Shown here: positions 21,674 to 24,594 of the stretch, in pieces
Layout: each line of letters starts with the position of its first letter
How positions within the stretch are numbered: position 1 is the first letter of the stretch
IMG/VR virus record: IMGVR_UViG_3300020045_010569
Coordinates: 1-24,594 of that record
Source: a virus
Lineage: Duplodnaviria > Caudoviricetes
Length of the DNA stretch: 24,594 nucleotides
Reading direction: 5' to 3' (one strand)
Program-made: the position numbers and the translations under genes
The notes under the pieces: generated by a model
Databases searched by the model: none
What the model was told of the DNA's origin: nothing
Seen by the model: the letters and a program-made list of their open reading frames with translations, nothing else

Positions 21674-21676
21674 TTA

Positions 21677-23719
21677 TTAAGAATTATTACTTCTGCATTT
21701 CTCAACCCAAATAGTACCTTCTAAGCAGATTAAAGTTATAGTATCGTAGTCACCTAACAATATATCATTTCCTCCTTGAAGTCGTATGTTTGAACCATGA
21801 CCAATGGTTGTATTATTATCGCCAAAACCTATAATCGTCAATTCTTGTCCTACGTAACCGTTAGTAATTTGATTTATAGTAGCTGCGGATGAAAAATTAT
21901 TTGTTCGACAAATTTTTAAATCTTTTGCTGAAATAGTAGTCCCAGATTGAATTAATTCTGGGTAATTCCCAGCGTGATAATCAGGAACTTTCTGTAATTG
22001 AGACACCATCCATCCTGATTCTGTCTTAACCCAAAGCCTATTGTCACCATATCTAATATCTCCCCTCTGTCCTGCTGCTTGTGTACCATAAGGTTCAACG
22101 GGTGTTTTATGATACATTGGTAATTTATCACCCGATCCAGTTCTATTTTTTTGATTTGATAATTGAGCAATCGGGTGGTCAACTAAATCAACAGATAAAT
22201 CAGAGCCAGAAAAAACGTTGTCATAAGTTGAGCAATTAAATGCTATTTCTTCGCATATCTTCCCATTTTTAATACTGTTAGATGTTTCGCCTACAATAAA
22301 GTTTTTAGAAACAGTTGATCCCAGAACATTACCACCCGTAGCATCATTGCCAATCGTAACGCTATGAAGTCCGTAAATTAGATTTCCTGAAATATCAATA
22401 GATGAAATCAAACATGATTCTCCATTAGAACATTTATTTGCAATGTAAATTTCTTCTCCGAAATTATTTTCAAAGTGATTATTTATAATCCTAATAGACT
22501 GACATCCTTTTGGTGAATCTATGTAAATAGATTTTTGATTTCCTTCAAAATCACAATTCAAAAAAGTATTTGTGTCTAATTCACCACTTGCTATATCCTG
22601 TCCACTTGTAGGATCAGCATAAAACCCTTTTTCACAAGCTAAAAAAGCACACAATTTATAAAGTATGTTGTTTACTTGTCCAAAAGAACGAATTCCATTA
22701 ATACACCCGTTAATCCTAACTGCGTTTATCTCGGGAGAAGCGTAAACACTCTTTAATCTAATAGCATCCGTAAACCCTCCAAATATATAAAGATCTCCTA
22801 AAAATATCTTTTTTTGACCTCTTACATCAATCGCTACCGAATTTGTAAAACCATTATTATCAAAATCAATGTTTTTTATCTTAACAAATCCGTAACCATC
22901 TTGAGAACCTTCATAAGAAGCATCCCCAACCGTTAACAAAGTTCCTTCAAACCCTAATTTAAAAACTGTTTTTCCAATTCCTTTCATTAAAAAGAAAGAA
23001 TTTAAATCATTTAATTTTGAAACTAAGGGCGATCCGATTAAATATAAAGGTTTGTCAAAATATAAATCTTTGTGTGTTATTTGGCAATAATCTATAGCTT
23101 TTTGAATAGAAGCCTGATCATCAGTTACACCGTCACCTACTGCTCCAAAATCAGATGCGTACACAATGCCTGTAAGTTTTTTCTCTAAATATACTCCTCC
23201 TTCTTTAAAATAAAACTCATTATCTACTTTTGCGTCTGTCATTATTGATCCATCGAAATAAAATTCTGTAATACCTAGATTAACAGGGTTTTTATTATTT
23301 AAATCAACTCGCGGATAAACTCCAGATGCAATCGATCCATCAGTATAAAAATTTATTTCATCCTTAGATATTTTATTCCATTTGTTACCCGAATATATTA
23401 AATAATCACCAGGAACTAAGATTAAATCACCACTTCCAAAATCTTGAGTTCCAGGAACATTAACAATATAGTATTCATTGTCATTTCCAATTGAATTAGA
23501 TATATTTGGAATATTATTTTCGGCATCATAAACACCCAAAAATTTAAGATCTGATAAGTCCAAATATTGTGTTGGAATTTTACCTTTAGAATTTAACTCA
23601 ACTAAATTTTTTGTTGAAATTTGTTTGAACTCATTATTATTATAGCCCACTAATTTAACATCCGCAGCTTTTATTGCTGAAAATGGTTTATTTTTTATAT
23701 CTTCAATTTCAATAGCCAT
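21677..23719 (-). CDS. Tailspike / receptor-binding depolymerase with pectate-lyase-like beta-helix
   Basis: DFGAVGDGVTDDQASIQKAID (Pectate_lyase_3 start), Asn/Ile-rich beta-helix rungs, N-terminal fibre module (GVYDAENNIP...GDYLIYSGNKWNKI). Confidence 0.88.
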   Translation of the reverse strand: MAIEIEDIKNKPFSAIKAADVKLVGYNNNEFKQISTKNLVELNSKGKIPTQYLDLSDLKFLGVYDAENNIPNISNSIGNDNEYYIVNVPGTQDFGSGDLILVPGDYLIYSGNKWNKISKDEINFYTDGSIASGVYPRVDLNNKNPVNLGITEFYFDGSIMTDAKVDNEFYFKEGGVYLEKKLTGIVYASDFGAVGDGVTDDQASIQKAIDYCQITHKDLYFDKPLYLIGSPLVSKLNDLNSFFLMKGIGKTVFKLGFEGTLLTVGDASYEGSQDGYGFVKIKNIDFDNNGFTNSVAIDVRGQKKIFLGDLYIFGGFTDAIRLKSVYASPEINAVRINGCINGIRSFGQVNNILYKLCAFLACEKGFYADPTSGQDIASGELDTNTFLNCDFEGNQKSIYIDSPKGCQSIRIINNHFENNFGEEIYIANKCSNGESCLISSIDISGNLIYGLHSVTIGNDATGGNVLGSTVSKNFIVGETSNSIKNGKICEEIAFNCSTYDNVFSGSDLSVDLVDHPIAQLSNQKNRTGSGDKLPMYHKTPVEPYGTQAAGQRGDIRYGDNRLWVKTESGWMVSQLQKVPDYHAGNYPELIQSGTTISAKDLKICRTNNFSSAATINQITNGYVGQELTIIGFGDNNTTIGHGSNIRLQGGNDILLGDYDTITLICLEGTIWVEKCRSNNS

Positions 23720-24206
23720 TCGTTACGCCTTTTTCGTTATTTACAATTAATGTATTATCTAATCCTAATCCTTTTCTTTTAAAATCTATTTCAGGTTTCC
23801 CATATCCTTTTAATGAAGCCGAAAACGTTATAAAACCATCCGCTTCGTCACTATCTGAAATAGATATAATATGAGCTTTTCCACTATCAATATAATATCC
23901 ATCTAAAGTTTCTCTCTTCCATTCAATTAATTCTCTATTACGTTTCATTGCTCGTAATTCGCGATACGATAAAACTTCATTATCAGAATCCGAATCATCC
24001 TTTACCATTAATCCACTTAAGTCAATTGTGTAACTTTGATTAGTTGGTAAATCGGTAACCCACCCTTCATTTTCTCGCGTTGTAGTTTCTATAGTCTGAA
24101 CATCTTCAAAAATAGGTGAAGCCGTTAAACAAGCCACAGGAAAAAAAACATCATTTTTTTTGATGAAAAACATTGATTCTTTTCCCCTGATATAGTCTAA
24201 ACTCAT
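23709..24206 (-). CDS. Tail-tube-like protein
   Basis: PVACLT, IETTTREN-GW, SYTIDLSG, GKAHIISIS and TFSASLKGYGKP motifs of TP901-1-like tube proteins. Confidence 0.8.
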   Translation of the reverse strand: MSLDYIRGKESMFFIKKNDVFFPVACLTASPIFEDVQTIETTTRENEGWVTDLPTNQSYTIDLSGLMVKDDSDSDNEVLSYRELRAMKRNRELIEWKRETLDGYYIDSGKAHIISISDSDEADGFITFSASLKGYGKPEIDFKRKGLGLDNTLIVNNEKGVTNGY

Positions 24207-24210
24207 AGCT

Positions 24211-24241
24211 CTAATATACGTTAATTATTTTAATTTATCAA
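24211..24241 (-). promoter_or_regulatory. Putative internal late promoter TTG-N20-TATATTAG, 4 nt from ATG
   Basis: One mismatch to TAnnTTTG with correct spacing. Confidence 0.45.
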
Positions 24242-24594
24242 TTGATTAGCGTAACCTTGCTTTCATTTCCGAAATTCTCTTTAATAGTAACTTTAAATTG
24301 ATCTTCTCCAAAGAAATAATTATCGTTGTATTCTTTAGCTGTCATTTTACAAATGTCATTATCAAATGAATATGAATACTTTAAAAATTGGAACTTTTTA
24401 GGCACAATAAAGCCGTTTTCAAGCTTTGTAAATGTGTCAATATTGAAATAATTCATGTATGGAATATAACCCTTAAAATCACCTTCAAAAATAGTCATTG
24501 GTCGTGGTGAAATCTTTAAATTATCTTCAGCGTTAATTTCTAACACCTCTTTAAATTCTGAATAATCATTTTTAACCCATCCACCACCTTGTTC
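24238..24594 (-). CDS. Putative tail structural protein, C-terminal part (5'-partial)
   Basis: Frame is open from the window edge (EQGGGWVKNDYSEFKEVLEI...) to TGA; position in the tail module. Confidence 0.7.
   Translation of the reverse strand, partial: EQGGGWVKNDYSEFKEVLEINAEDNLKISPRPMTIFEGDFKGYIPYMNYFNIDTFTKLENGFIVPKKFQFLKYSYSFDNDICKMTAKEYNDNYFFGEDQFKVTIKENFGNESKVTLIN

Larger units (their letters stand above)
1..24594. mobile_element. Tailed phage / prophage segment (Bacteroidota, probably Flavobacteriales host)
   Basis: Terminase pair, NinG, ERF, phage initiator and helicase, tail-tube-like protein, tailspike and GH19 endolysin; dense small ORFs; Bacteroidota-type promoters; no host housekeeping genes. 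Confidence 0.95.

Noticed and set aside
21952-22182. Alternative-frame 76-aa ORF inside the tailspike gene
   Set aside because: TTG start with no lipobox or recognisable motif; not a credible embedded gene.
1-24594. tRNA genes, integrase/att sites, reverse transcriptase/DGR, introns or inteins
   Set aside because: No cloverleaf, recombinase or RT motifs, template/variable repeat pair, or interrupted core genes were recognised by eye; a computational scan could still find weak cases.

Overview
AT-rich (roughly 30% GC by eye) segment of a tailed phage or prophage. The host is probably Bacteroidota (Flavobacteriales, perhaps Chryseobacterium/Elizabethkingia-like), judged from TTG-N17..21-TAnnTTTG promoters and A-rich start contexts without Shine-Dalgarno sequences. 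From left to right: (1) end of a + strand small-gene run (1-860); (2) a leftward operon of nin-like genes including NinG, then TerS, TerL, an XRE HTH gene and YopX, with no portal gene after TerL; (3) a divergent control region (6430-6970); (4) a long rightward early operon with an amino-MTase, ERF recombinase, DUF1367, MazG-like and HTH genes; (5) a replication module with a structured leader, NucS-like nuclease, initiator with internal iterons, DnaB-like helicase and C5-MTase; (6) small regulators and a lipoprotein moron; (7) the convergent end of the late operon with tail protein, tail-tube-like protein, beta-helix tailspike, membrane/lysis genes and a GH19 endolysin. No integrase, CI repressor, tRNA, CRISPR array or RT was seen. 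The most striking observations are 11 GGCC sites packed into 1.1 kb of the helicase module with none found in the other ~23.5 kb, a two-hairpin kissing-loop/terminator leader ahead of the replication genes, compact pseudoknot leaders, several point lesions in early genes, and a probable rearrangement junction near 780. All family calls come from motif recognition by eye, not from database searches.
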